Shown one piece after another: positions 53,899 to 62,312 of a stretch of 64,000 nt of DNA. Under the pieces are notes generated by a model. It saw nothing but the letters and a program-made list of their open reading frames with translations, ran no database searches and was not told the origin of the DNA. The DNA is taken from assembly GCA_012959805.1 (NCBI GenBank), contig DUCN01000098.1, positions 69,646-133,645 of the forward strand. The letters are read 5' to 3'. The DNA is from Myxococcales bacterium. Lineage in GTDB: Bacteria; Myxococcota_A; UBA9160; UBA4427. Position 1 is the first letter of the stretch; every line of letters begins with the position of its first letter. A program made the position numbers and the translations under genes.

Positions 53899-54498
53899 TT
53901 AGAGGTCTGAAAATGCCTCGTGGTAGCGAACCCAGCCACGACATTCTGATAACACGTCGGGAACGAGTTCGATCATCTGAAATCCCGCGTCAAAAGCCTC
54001 GCTTTCGTACCGAAGCCCGTGCTCCGCCGCCAATTCGAATCCGAAGCGCGAATAGTACGCGGGATCGCCTAACAAGAAGACTGCCTGCCATCCAATCCTT
54101 GCACATTCCTGCAATCCCGCACGCACCAATGCCGACCCCGCTCCCATCGACTGTGTTTCTGGCGTCACAGCCAGGGGAGCCAGTCCCGCAAACGTCGGAG
54201 CCTCCTTCGAGTTTTCAGAGGACGACGTCTCCTCAATCGTCACCGGCGAGAACAAAACATGACCAACCAGATCATCGCCCTTCACGGCAACGAGTGAGAC
54301 AAACGGTCTAGCCCGCTCACGAAGTGTGTTGACGAGGTGGGCTTCTCCGTCTTGACCGAATGCCGCTTTCTGAATCTCGTAGACCCGCGCATGATCCGAT
54401 ACTTGCTCTCGTCGAATTTTGAATTGATCCAAGATGTCAGACCTTCCGGCGTCTTCCTCAAGCCTCGGCAAGTCTCGCCGCGACCTCCACAATTTCAT
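53899..54498 (-). CDS. GNAT-family N-acetyltransferase (YhbS-like)
   Basis: IRREQVSDHARVYEIQKAAFG..EAHLVNTLRE, LAPLAVTPETQSMGAGSALV, LGDPAYYSRFGF. A TTG at 54432 is an alternative start that avoids overlapping the LysR gene. Confidence 0.8.
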   Translation of the reverse strand: MKLWRSRRDLPRLEEDAGRSDILDQFKIRREQVSDHARVYEIQKAAFGQDGEAHLVNTLRERARPFVSLVAVKGDDLVGHVLFSPVTIEETSSSENSKEAPTFAGLAPLAVTPETQSMGAGSALVRAGLQECARIGWQAVFLLGDPAYYSRFGFELAAEHGLRYESEAFDAGFQMIELVPDVLSECRGWVRYHEAFSDL

Positions 54499-55369
54499 CG
54501 ATCAAGAATCGGGTCGATGGTGATTTCGTCCTTTGACGAATGAGATGGATTCCGTCATTGGTGCGCAACCGGGCCGGCACATCCCGTTGAACCAATTGCC
54601 CGCTCTCACAGACGAGTTTCCCCAGCGACCGCGGAACCATCGTAATCGCCCGGCCTGCCTTCACCAACTCCAGGCAAGCCGCGGTCGTTTCGAGCCGATA
54701 GAAAGGAAAGCGTCCCGCTGCCAGCGCTTCGTCGAAAGGCCGAGGCAGATCGCGCGCCTGAATCGGTGCCGGCGTCGGCATCGCCCAGGGATAGGAAGCC
54801 GCTTCGGCAAGATCGATCTCTTTTGCGAGAACCGGATGCTCTGCGGATAGCACGACCACGAGAGGCTCCCGCGGAAGTTCGATGACCTCGAGTTCGACCG
54901 CGGCGGGTGTGTCCTCATACTTGCTCATGTCACAAACAACGAAGTCGAGCTCACGTCCGAAAAGAGCCTTGAGCAGATCGCGCGCCGTCCCGGCAACCAC
55001 ACTCACTTGAATTCCATGATGTTTTGCCGAGAGGGATTGAATCGAGCTCGTGAGGAGAGGTTGTGCGGGATACGGTCCTGTCCCGACGCGAACATGGCCG
55101 GCAGCACCGACACGAAGTTGGCGCGCCTCTTCTTCGAGGGCGCGGATTCCGTCGATGACATCCCGGGCCCGCTGAATCAGTCCTTCCGCGGCGTCGGTCG
55201 GCTCAACGGCGTGGGTCGTCCGATCGAAAAGCCTCTGCCCGAGTTCGTCTTCAAGCTTTTGGAGACTGCGGCTGAGCGCGGACTGTGTGACGCCATGTGC
55301 GTCGGCCGCCTGCACAAAACTCCGAAGCCGATATAGCGCCTCAAAATGCTGAAGTTGCTTCAGCTGCAT
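54458..55369 (-). CDS. LysR-family transcriptional regulator
   Basis: HTH LKQLQHFEALYRLRSFVQAADAHGVTQSALSRSLQKLE. Divergent from the glp operon. Confidence 0.9.
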   Translation of the reverse strand: MQLKQLQHFEALYRLRSFVQAADAHGVTQSALSRSLQKLEDELGQRLFDRTTHAVEPTDAAEGLIQRARDVIDGIRALEEEARQLRVGAAGHVRVGTGPYPAQPLLTSSIQSLSAKHHGIQVSVVAGTARDLLKALFGRELDFVVCDMSKYEDTPAAVELEVIELPREPLVVVLSAEHPVLAKEIDLAEAASYPWAMPTPAPIQARDLPRPFDEALAAGRFPFYRLETTAACLELVKAGRAITMVPRSLGKLVCESGQLVQRDVPARLRTNDGIHLIRQRTKSPSTRFLIDEIVEVAARLAEA

Positions 55370-55417
55370 GGGAACACCCGCCTTCCTTCAGTCATCGACT
55401 CATGAGTAAATATCATG

Positions 55418-55434
55418 ATTGATTAACTTTCAAT
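55418..55434. promoter_or_regulatory. LysR-type dyad (T-N11-A) between the LysR gene and glpD
   Basis: A perfect ATTGA-N7-TCAAT in the AT-rich 108-bp divergent intergenic region. Confidence 0.4.
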
Positions 55435-55477
55435 GAGAGTATGGTATTTACGAACTACAATCGGACCGCCCCTCCTC

Positions 55478-57100
55478 ATGACCGTCCCCTCGCCCCGCGC
55501 TGAAGACCTGGATTTTCGCGATCGTGCCCGAATTTTCGCGGATCTCGAAGCCGAAACCTTTGATCTGATCGTGATCGGCGCGGGTATTACGGGCGCCGGC
55601 TTGGCCCGCGCCGCGTCCGCTCGAGGCGCCAGCGTCGCCTTGATCGAAGCCGCAGACCTCGCCGGCGGGACCAGCAGTCGAAGCTCGAAGATGATCCACG
55701 GCGGCCTGCGTTATTTGGCGCAAGGGGACGTCGCACTCGTCAAGGAAGCCTCGACCGAACGCCAGATCCTACGGCGCATCGCGCCGCATCTCGCACGCTT
55801 CACACCCTTCCTCTTGCCCACGCGCTCGCCCGCCGGCATGGCGAAGTTTCGCGCGGCGATGTGGGCCTTCGAAAAACTCGGCAAGGTCCCGCCTAACGAA
55901 CGGCACGAGGTCTGGAATGCCAAGGACCTCGCCGCTCGCGAACCCGTCGCGGCGAAGGAAGGAACGAACGGGGCCGTCCTCTACTTCGAGTTCTTGACGG
56001 ATGACGCCCGCCTCACACTCGCCAACGCACGCAGCGCCGCGGCCGATGGCACCAAGATCATCACCTATGCACCGGTCACAAAGATCGAGCTCAAAGACGG
56101 ACGAGCCATCGGCGTTCACTGCGAAAGCACCCTCGACGGCGAATCGCTTGGCGCCTTCGTCCGGGGCCGAGTCATCGTGAACGCCGCGGGCCCCTGGGTC
56201 GATGCGATCCGCGCCCTCGAAATGGCAGACGAAAAGCCGCGACTCTCCCTCACAAAGGGTATCCATCTCGTTATACCTCACGAGAAGCTCCCCCTGACAC
56301 GCACGGTCCTGATGAGTGCCGCAGACAAACGGCCGGTCTTCGCGGTTCCCCGTGGCGACGTCACGTACCTCGGAACCACTGACACGTTCTATCCCGAGCT
56401 GAAGGCCTGGCCCGAAATCGACTCGGAAGATGTCGACTATCTTCTACAGGCCGCCACCCTTTCGTTTTGCTCGGATCCACTCGAGACACGAGACATCGTT
56501 TCTTCCTGGACCGGAGTGCGCCCCCTGGTGGCCCAGGCCGGAAAGAAGCCGTCCGAGATTTCTCGACGTGACGAAGTCTGGACGGGACCCGGCGGCATCC
56601 TCTCGATTGCCGGCGGAAAGCTCACGGCCTACCGCAAAATGGTCGAACGTGTCGCCGACTCCGTCTTCGAAATCCTCGGAAAGAACTCTCGAGAAGCCGC
56701 CTCCGAGGATGCTCCCCTGGCTGGGGGCGATGTCGCACCGACAGTGATCGATGACGCGGCCAAGGCCGGCAAACGCCCGATCGATCGTCTCGCCGATCTT
56801 TATGGCTCCGAGGCGCCCGACGTAAAAGCCGATGGCGGCGACGTCGCGGCGGAAGTTCGTCAGGCCGTACATCGCGAAGGCGCGCTGCGACTCGAAGACT
56901 ATTGGATGCGTCGGGGTGCACGAGCCTTCTTCGATCCCGATGCAGGGATCGCAGCGCTTCCGCCCGCATCGATCGAAATGGCTCGATTGCTCGGATGGAA
57001 TGAAGCGAAGCGTCAGGCCGAACTGGACGCCTGTCATCATCGACATGAAGAAAACAACGCTCTCTTTTTGCAAGCGCGAAAGAAGGAGGAAGAACTATGA
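55478..57100 (+). CDS. glpD: FAD-dependent glycerol-3-phosphate dehydrogenase
   Basis: DLIVIGAGITGAG, GTSSRSSKMIHGGLRYL, and a C-terminal GlpD helical domain. Start taken at MTVPSP. Confidence 0.9.
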   Translation: MTVPSPRAEDLDFRDRARIFADLEAETFDLIVIGAGITGAGLARAASARGASVALIEAADLAGGTSSRSSKMIHGGLRYLAQGDVALVKEASTERQILRRIAPHLARFTPFLLPTRSPAGMAKFRAAMWAFEKLGKVPPNERHEVWNAKDLAAREPVAAKEGTNGAVLYFEFLTDDARLTLANARSAAADGTKIITYAPVTKIELKDGRAIGVHCESTLDGESLGAFVRGRVIVNAAGPWVDAIRALEMADEKPRLSLTKGIHLVIPHEKLPLTRTVLMSAADKRPVFAVPRGDVTYLGTTDTFYPELKAWPEIDSEDVDYLLQAATLSFCSDPLETRDIVSSWTGVRPLVAQAGKKPSEISRRDEVWTGPGGILSIAGGKLTAYRKMVERVADSVFEILGKNSREAASEDAPLAGGDVAPTVIDDAAKAGKRPIDRLADLYGSEAPDVKADGGDVAAEVRQAVHREGALRLEDYWMRRGARAFFDPDAGIAALPPASIEMARLLGWNEAKRQAELDACHHRHEENNALFLQARKKEEEL

Positions 57101-58512
57101 AGTCTGAAGTCATCGCGAAGCTGCGCAAAGAAATCGGCGACGGAAAAGTCCACACGAGCGACGACGCTCTCGACGAGCGGCGTTTCGACTATTGGGTCGT
57201 GAGTCATCTGCAGAATTGGCGGGGCGAAGAGCTTCCGCGCCCTGGCGTGGTCGTTCGACCGGAGTCCACCGAGGAAGTCCAGGCCATCATGCGAGTGGCA
57301 AGCGTCTCAAAGACGCCCGTCGTTCCCTATGGCCTGGGTTCGGGCGTCTGCGGTGGTATTCGTCCGGATCCGAGTGTGATCCTCGTCGACCTGTCGAGCA
57401 TGAATCTCGTTCGCGAAATCGACGAAACGAATCTGCTCGCTTCCTTTGATGCGGGCAAGCAGGGACTCGAAGCCGAAGAAGCGGTCGCCGCTCTCGGGCT
57501 TACGATCGGTCATTGGCCTCAATCAATTGCCGTGAGCACCGTAGGCGGATGGGTCTCGACCCGGGCCGCCGGCCAATTCTCGACGGCTTACGGAAATATC
57601 GAAGACATCGTCTATTCGATCGAAGCCGTGTTGCCAAACGGAGATCTCGTTCATCTTGGAAAGGCACCGCGCGCAGCCGCTGGCCCGGACCTTCGACACA
57701 TCCTGTTAGGTGCAGAAGGAATCATGGGCATCGTTACCGGCGTGACCCTCGCCCTGCGTCGCCAACCTGAAGAGCGTGCCTATTCTGCCTTCTACACGCC
57801 TTCGCTCGCCGCAGGCTTCGATGCCCAGCGTGCAATCGTGCAGTCGGATTGGCTTCCGCCGGTAATGCGGCAATACGACGCCTCCGAGGTCACGCGAAAT
57901 TTCCGAGACCTGACCGCCGAGACGGCAAACGATCGCGGGCTGCTTCTGATGGTCCATGAAGGCCCCGCCTCGCGCGTGGCTGCGGAACTCGAGGCTGTTG
58001 CATCGATTGCAGCCGAACACGGACTCGAAGCCGCGCCCGAAGAACTCGGCCCGCATTGGATGAATGGCCGCAACCATGTTCCCGCCTGGCGTGATCTTTT
58101 CGAGCGGAACCTGATCGTCGATACCATCGAAGTTTCGGCTTCGTGGAGCCAGATAGAGACAATCTACGACGATGCGATCGCCAGCTTGCTGGAGGTCGAC
58201 TCGATCATCATTGCCTCCGCGCATAGCTCGCACGTGTATCGCACAGGCATCAATCTCTACTTCACCTTCCTGGCACGCCACGAGGATTCCGCCGACATGG
58301 AAGCGACCTATCTCGACTGCTGGCGGCGAGTCATGGAAGCGACCGCACGACACGGCGGGGGTGTCGCACATCACCACGGTTCCGGCCGACTTCGAAAGGA
58401 CTACATCGTCCACGATCTCGGCGAAACCGGCGTCTCGCTCTTGCGGAGCATCAAAAAGGCCGTCGATCCACATGGCTTGATGAATCCGGGTAACTTGATT
58501 CCCGATGAATGA
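57097..58512 (+). CDS. FAD-linked oxidase, alkylglycerone-phosphate-synthase (AGPS)-like
   Basis: FAD-binding PCMH domain. The block GHWPQSIAVSTVGGWVSTRAAGQFSTAYGNIEDIV...VLPNG...GPDL...LGAEGIMGIVT closely mirrors the AGPS block GHEPDS.EFSTVGGWVSTRASG...YGNIEDLV as I remember it. ATGA overlap with glpD. Confidence 0.8.
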   Translation: MKSEVIAKLRKEIGDGKVHTSDDALDERRFDYWVVSHLQNWRGEELPRPGVVVRPESTEEVQAIMRVASVSKTPVVPYGLGSGVCGGIRPDPSVILVDLSSMNLVREIDETNLLASFDAGKQGLEAEEAVAALGLTIGHWPQSIAVSTVGGWVSTRAAGQFSTAYGNIEDIVYSIEAVLPNGDLVHLGKAPRAAAGPDLRHILLGAEGIMGIVTGVTLALRRQPEERAYSAFYTPSLAAGFDAQRAIVQSDWLPPVMRQYDASEVTRNFRDLTAETANDRGLLLMVHEGPASRVAAELEAVASIAAEHGLEAAPEELGPHWMNGRNHVPAWRDLFERNLIVDTIEVSASWSQIETIYDDAIASLLEVDSIIIASAHSSHVYRTGINLYFTFLARHEDSADMEATYLDCWRRVMEATARHGGGVAHHHGSGRLRKDYIVHDLGETGVSLLRSIKKAVDPHGLMNPGNLIPDE

Positions 58513-59953
58513 TTTGATTCTTGGACTCGATGTCGGATCGACGAGCGCACGTGCGCTCGTCATCGATCTCAATGGCCGTGTCCATGGCCAGTCGATCGTT
58601 CGACTCGATTCAACTCATCCGGGACCCGGCCGCGTCGAGCAGGATCCCGCCGACGTCTGGAGACGCGTTCAAGGAACGATCCACGAAGCGCTTTCTGCAG
58701 CCGGCAAGAATGTAGAGGATCTAGCGGCCGTCGGACTCGCCGCGCAGCGTTCGAGTGTCGTCCTCTGGGATCGTGTCTCGGGCGAGACACTGGGTCCGAT
58801 GATCATCTGGAGCGATCTTCGCGGAACCCAGAGAGCAGAAGAACTCCAGGCCGCCGGACATCTTGCTCCTGCCGTCGCCGCGGTCACCAAACTCGAAGCC
58901 GCCCTAGACGCCATCCCAGATGGGCGCAAGCGCGCTGCGGCAGGCGAGATCGCCTGGGGAACCCTCGATAGCTATCTGACCTATCGACTCAGCGGCGGCG
59001 ATCATCATGTGACTGATTACTCGAATGCCTGGTCGACCTGCTATCTCGATCTCGCAACCATGCGCGATTGGAACGCAAAGCTGCTCGCGTTCCAGGATCT
59101 TCCCGCCGAGCTCTTCCCGACGTTATGCGACACCTACGGGCCCATCGGACAGACCAGCATTTCCGGCCTGGGAGCCAATATCCCCATTGGCGCGATCATC
59201 GGGGATCAACAGAGCGGAATGTTTGCGCATAACGCACTCGACCCCGGAAAATGGAAGGCGACCTACGGCACATCAGCAACTCTTATGGTTTCGACCGGGA
59301 ACGCGCCCGTCCTGGTCCCTGGACTGATGCCGATGTTGCTCGCAGCAAAGGGAGATGAAACGCTCTACGCGGTGGAAGGCATGGTGATCACTGCCGGCGC
59401 ACTGCTCGATTGGCTCGTCCGTGATCTCGGCCTTTTCGACGGAATCGAAGACCTCACGCGCGCCGCAGCCTCGGTCGATTCGTCCGGCGGCGTTGCGATT
59501 CGGCCGGCGCTTCAAGGTCTCGGTGCCCCATACAACGATCCGAACCGACGCGCAGCGATTGTCGGGTTCACCGGCGCCTCAAGCCGCGCGCACATTGCCC
59601 GCGCCGCATTCGAAAGTCTCGCTCTTCGAATGCGCGAAATCGTCGAAGCCGCCGAGGCCATCGAAGACATCCAGCTTCCCGACGTCCTTCCGGTCGACGG
59701 CGGCCTCGCCGCCAATGACGTCTTCCTTCAGATTCAAGCGAACATGTTGGGGCGCCCGGTCGCCCGTCATCAGAAGCTCGAAGCCACCGCACTGGGCGCG
59801 TGCATCGGAGCCGCCCTGGGCGTTGGCCTGGTGACGCGGGAAGAGATCGCCTCTCTCACTCAAACAGAAAAACGTTTCGAGCCGCAAACCGATGCATCCG
59901 AAGCAAAAGAGAAATTGCTGGCTTGGCGCGCCGCGGTCGATCTCGGCGGTTAG
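58505..59953 (+). CDS. glpK: FGGY-family kinase, glycerol-kinase-like
   Basis: LGLDVGSTSARALV, WGTLDSYLTYRLSGG..HVTDYSNA, GDQQSGMF, DGGLAANDVFLQIQANMLG. 8-nt overlap with the upstream gene. Confidence 0.8.
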   Translation: MNDLILGLDVGSTSARALVIDLNGRVHGQSIVRLDSTHPGPGRVEQDPADVWRRVQGTIHEALSAAGKNVEDLAAVGLAAQRSSVVLWDRVSGETLGPMIIWSDLRGTQRAEELQAAGHLAPAVAAVTKLEAALDAIPDGRKRAAAGEIAWGTLDSYLTYRLSGGDHHVTDYSNAWSTCYLDLATMRDWNAKLLAFQDLPAELFPTLCDTYGPIGQTSISGLGANIPIGAIIGDQQSGMFAHNALDPGKWKATYGTSATLMVSTGNAPVLVPGLMPMLLAAKGDETLYAVEGMVITAGALLDWLVRDLGLFDGIEDLTRAAASVDSSGGVAIRPALQGLGAPYNDPNRRAAIVGFTGASSRAHIARAAFESLALRMREIVEAAEAIEDIQLPDVLPVDGGLAANDVFLQIQANMLGRPVARHQKLEATALGACIGAALGVGLVTREEIASLTQTEKRFEPQTDASEAKEKLLAWRAAVDLGG

Positions 59954-59992
59954 TCGCAGCGGTTCATCGCGACAACAGTGCCCGGGCTTCGG

Positions 59993-60273
59993 TCAACTGA
60001 CAGCTGCAGCAGGACGCTCGCCCTGTTTTCCCTTGTCGAGGACCGTTAAGCCAAGCGCGAGGAACGCCGGCAGTTCTTGAATCAGCAAAATGGATGGGCC
60101 AGCAGTCGCGCCGCCAAGAACCCGTTGTACAGCCCCGGGTTTACTGCGAGGGTCGCGGACTGCTTGGCGAACTCGGGATCCAACCCAAAGACCTGAATGC
60201 CGATCGGCTCGGCCCAGAGAAACATTCCCAGAATCAAGAAGGCGAAATGCTGAAGCGCCACAAAGGCCACCAA
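59993..60273 (-). pseudogene. DUF1304-family membrane protein relic (internal deletion + frameshift)
   Basis: VALQHFAFLILGMFLW...FGL.PEFA....LAVNPGLYNGFLAA in one frame. Then GGATAGPSILLIQELPAFLALGL in another frame. The middle TM helix is missing. Confidence 0.5.
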
Positions 60274-60370
60274 GGGTTTCCAACGACACGAATACGTTAT
60301 TCCGCCTACGAGGGTATGTCCGGCTAGGTGTACGCCCGGAAGCGTTCGAGATTCGCCATACCGGCCAAGT

Positions 60371-60778
60371 CTATTCGTACTCTGTCAATTCGATGACAAC
60401 ACCATCGGGTCCGGCGATATAGGCGTACGTTAGTCCGGACTCGTCCTGAACGCGCTCACCAAGAATCTGGATCCCCGCCTCACTCAGTTCCACGAGACCT
60501 TGCTCAACGCTCTCTATCCGCAGACCAATATGTGCCACGCCAAAGCCATGCCTATAGGCGCCGTCGCCGGCTGCCGGAGGGGGCGATGCCGTATGCCCAT
60601 TCGGGAAACTGCCAACGACAACGATCTGCCCTCCCAACGCGAGAAAGATCCGTTCATCCCCATTGATATTCGTGTTCCGTACGACCGTCTTCGCATCAAA
60701 ATGATGGATATAGAAGTCAGCGGACGTCTCGGGCGTCGCCGAGTAGATATGAATGTGATCGAGGGATTTCACTTGCAT
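60371..60778 (-). CDS. VOC/glyoxalase-family protein
   Basis: LDHIHIYSATPETSADFY ... GVAHIGLRIES ... GPDGVVIELTEY. Start taken at MQVKSLDH. Confidence 0.8.
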   Translation of the reverse strand: MQVKSLDHIHIYSATPETSADFYIHHFDAKTVVRNTNINGDERIFLALGGQIVVVGSFPNGHTASPPPAAGDGAYRHGFGVAHIGLRIESVEQGLVELSEAGIQILGERVQDESGLTYAYIAGPDGVVIELTEYE

Positions 60779-60853
60779 CGATTTCGGTCGCCTTATGTTT
60801 CGGCCCGATCCGGCTGAGGCGACAGGGCAACGTAGTTCGGCCAAGCGGCGGTG

Positions 60854-61108
60854 TCAGTCCAAGTCAAGCGGCAGCGACGGAGGCTTGGCTCGATGCGCTC
60901 GCTTCCTATACCTGAGGCTCTCGGTCGACCTAGCATCAGTACCCGGCTTCACGTCCAATCGCTTCGGTTCCACAGTGATTTCCTCCCACTCCGCAACCTT
61001 CCCCCCGTCGGATCCAGAGATCGAATACTCATGCATGGACACGTAGAGGTACACGGCTGCCGCCAGCGTAAAGATCATGCAGACGACATTGACAAGGCGT
61101 TGGGACAT
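60854..61108 (-). CDS. small membrane-anchored hypothetical protein
   Basis: 84 aa with one N-terminal TM helix (VVCMIFTLAAAVYLYV). It lies downstream of the ExeB-like gene on the same strand. Confidence 0.35.
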   Translation of the reverse strand: MSQRLVNVVCMIFTLAAAVYLYVSMHEYSISGSDGGKVAEWEEITVEPKRLDVKPGTDARSTESLRYRKRAHRAKPPSLPLDLD

Positions 61109-61313
61109 GAAGTGGGCACGCCGCTCGACGGATGCCGATCAACGGCGAATCCGGCTGAAGGAAGTCGTCAGGATAACAGAAGGTCGGAGCAGAATAGAGC
61201 GAAGGAGCTTTAGGGTTTCTCGAGCTGAATCGTGCCCGCCTCTCCGAGTGCGAGCTGGGCAATCCGTTCAAAGTCGGAAACCCATGCAGACCTCGGACGG
61301 GCGAGAGGCTGAG

Positions 61314-62312
61314 CTACCGGCGAGAACCGGACAGGCCCACGCGGAGGCGGAGTTCGATATCCCCGGATCGGAAAATGACGGCGGAGGGAGTGATCTGTTG
61401 AACGACGAGTCGGCCAACAGCATCGCCTTCGCGGAGGGTCCGGGTCTCTTCGGTCGCGAGTAGCCGGATCTTTGCGGAGCGATAATCGGGTGTTGGATGC
61501 CAGGAGGTTTCCAGGACAGTGATGTCGGGAATAGGCGAAGCGAGGTGTTGTTCGACCGAGGGTTCGGTCGCGCGGTTGAGATCCGTTTCCGGGGCACGCT
61601 CGCCGGCTGATTCTATCACCGACTCGATCTGGGAGTGGATTTGAGATTGGATCGAATGGTCGATGACGTTCGCTGTGGTTGCATCATCGAGGATTGGTAA
61701 TGCGTCTATGGGTGTTCCGGTCGATCGGGTCGGAATTGGGGGTCGGGAAGACGGAGTGGGCACGATTTCGGCGGCAATGACTGGTGCGGTATCCGCTTGG
61801 ATAGCGCCCGTGGCTTCGCGCATTGCGGGCGTTGGGGTTACGGCGGCGCTGGCCAAATGTGATTCGTTCGAGGGTTGGCGTCCAGGCATGGAAGTCGGGC
61901 GGGCAGCGGGGAAATCTGAGAGTGGGGGGCGATTCGCGACGGACGGCGGATTCGCGGGCACGATGTTCTCGGGCGGATGGATTGGCAAGGGCGCGGCCAA
62001 GTCTGCTGGTTTTGCGCTTGGTGAAGTTGGGGAATCGACCGAGGCCAATCTTGGGGCAATGACTAAAACGCCGAGGCTGATGGCGCCCAGAAGCACCGCC
62101 GCGGCGGCGAGCGCGCGGGGGAGTGGCTGGGCCATCAGATTTTGGCTGTGTTGTTCGGCTCGGACCGCTGCGGCTTGCTCTTCTTCAAGAATTCGTAATC
62201 GGAGTTCATTGGTGGCGGGTGGATCGGTGGCCGGTCGCGAATCGGTCGGCTGGGTTTCCTCCACCGAGGCGTCCTCTTCGAGACGGCGAAGCGCGTTGAG
62301 AATCGTACTCAT
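61314..62312 (-). CDS. GspB/ExeB-like type II secretion accessory protein
   Basis: Hallmark N-terminus MSTILNALRRLEED, one TM helix, a Pro-rich linker, and a C-terminal ..VVQQITPSAVIFRSGDIELRL. 4-nt overlap with the ExeA-like gene. Confidence 0.6.
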   Translation of the reverse strand: MSTILNALRRLEEDASVEETQPTDSRPATDPPATNELRLRILEEEQAAAVRAEQHSQNLMAQPLPRALAAAAVLLGAISLGVLVIAPRLASVDSPTSPSAKPADLAAPLPIHPPENIVPANPPSVANRPPLSDFPAARPTSMPGRQPSNESHLASAAVTPTPAMREATGAIQADTAPVIAAEIVPTPSSRPPIPTRSTGTPIDALPILDDATTANVIDHSIQSQIHSQIESVIESAGERAPETDLNRATEPSVEQHLASPIPDITVLETSWHPTPDYRSAKIRLLATEETRTLREGDAVGRLVVQQITPSAVIFRSGDIELRLRVGLSGSRR

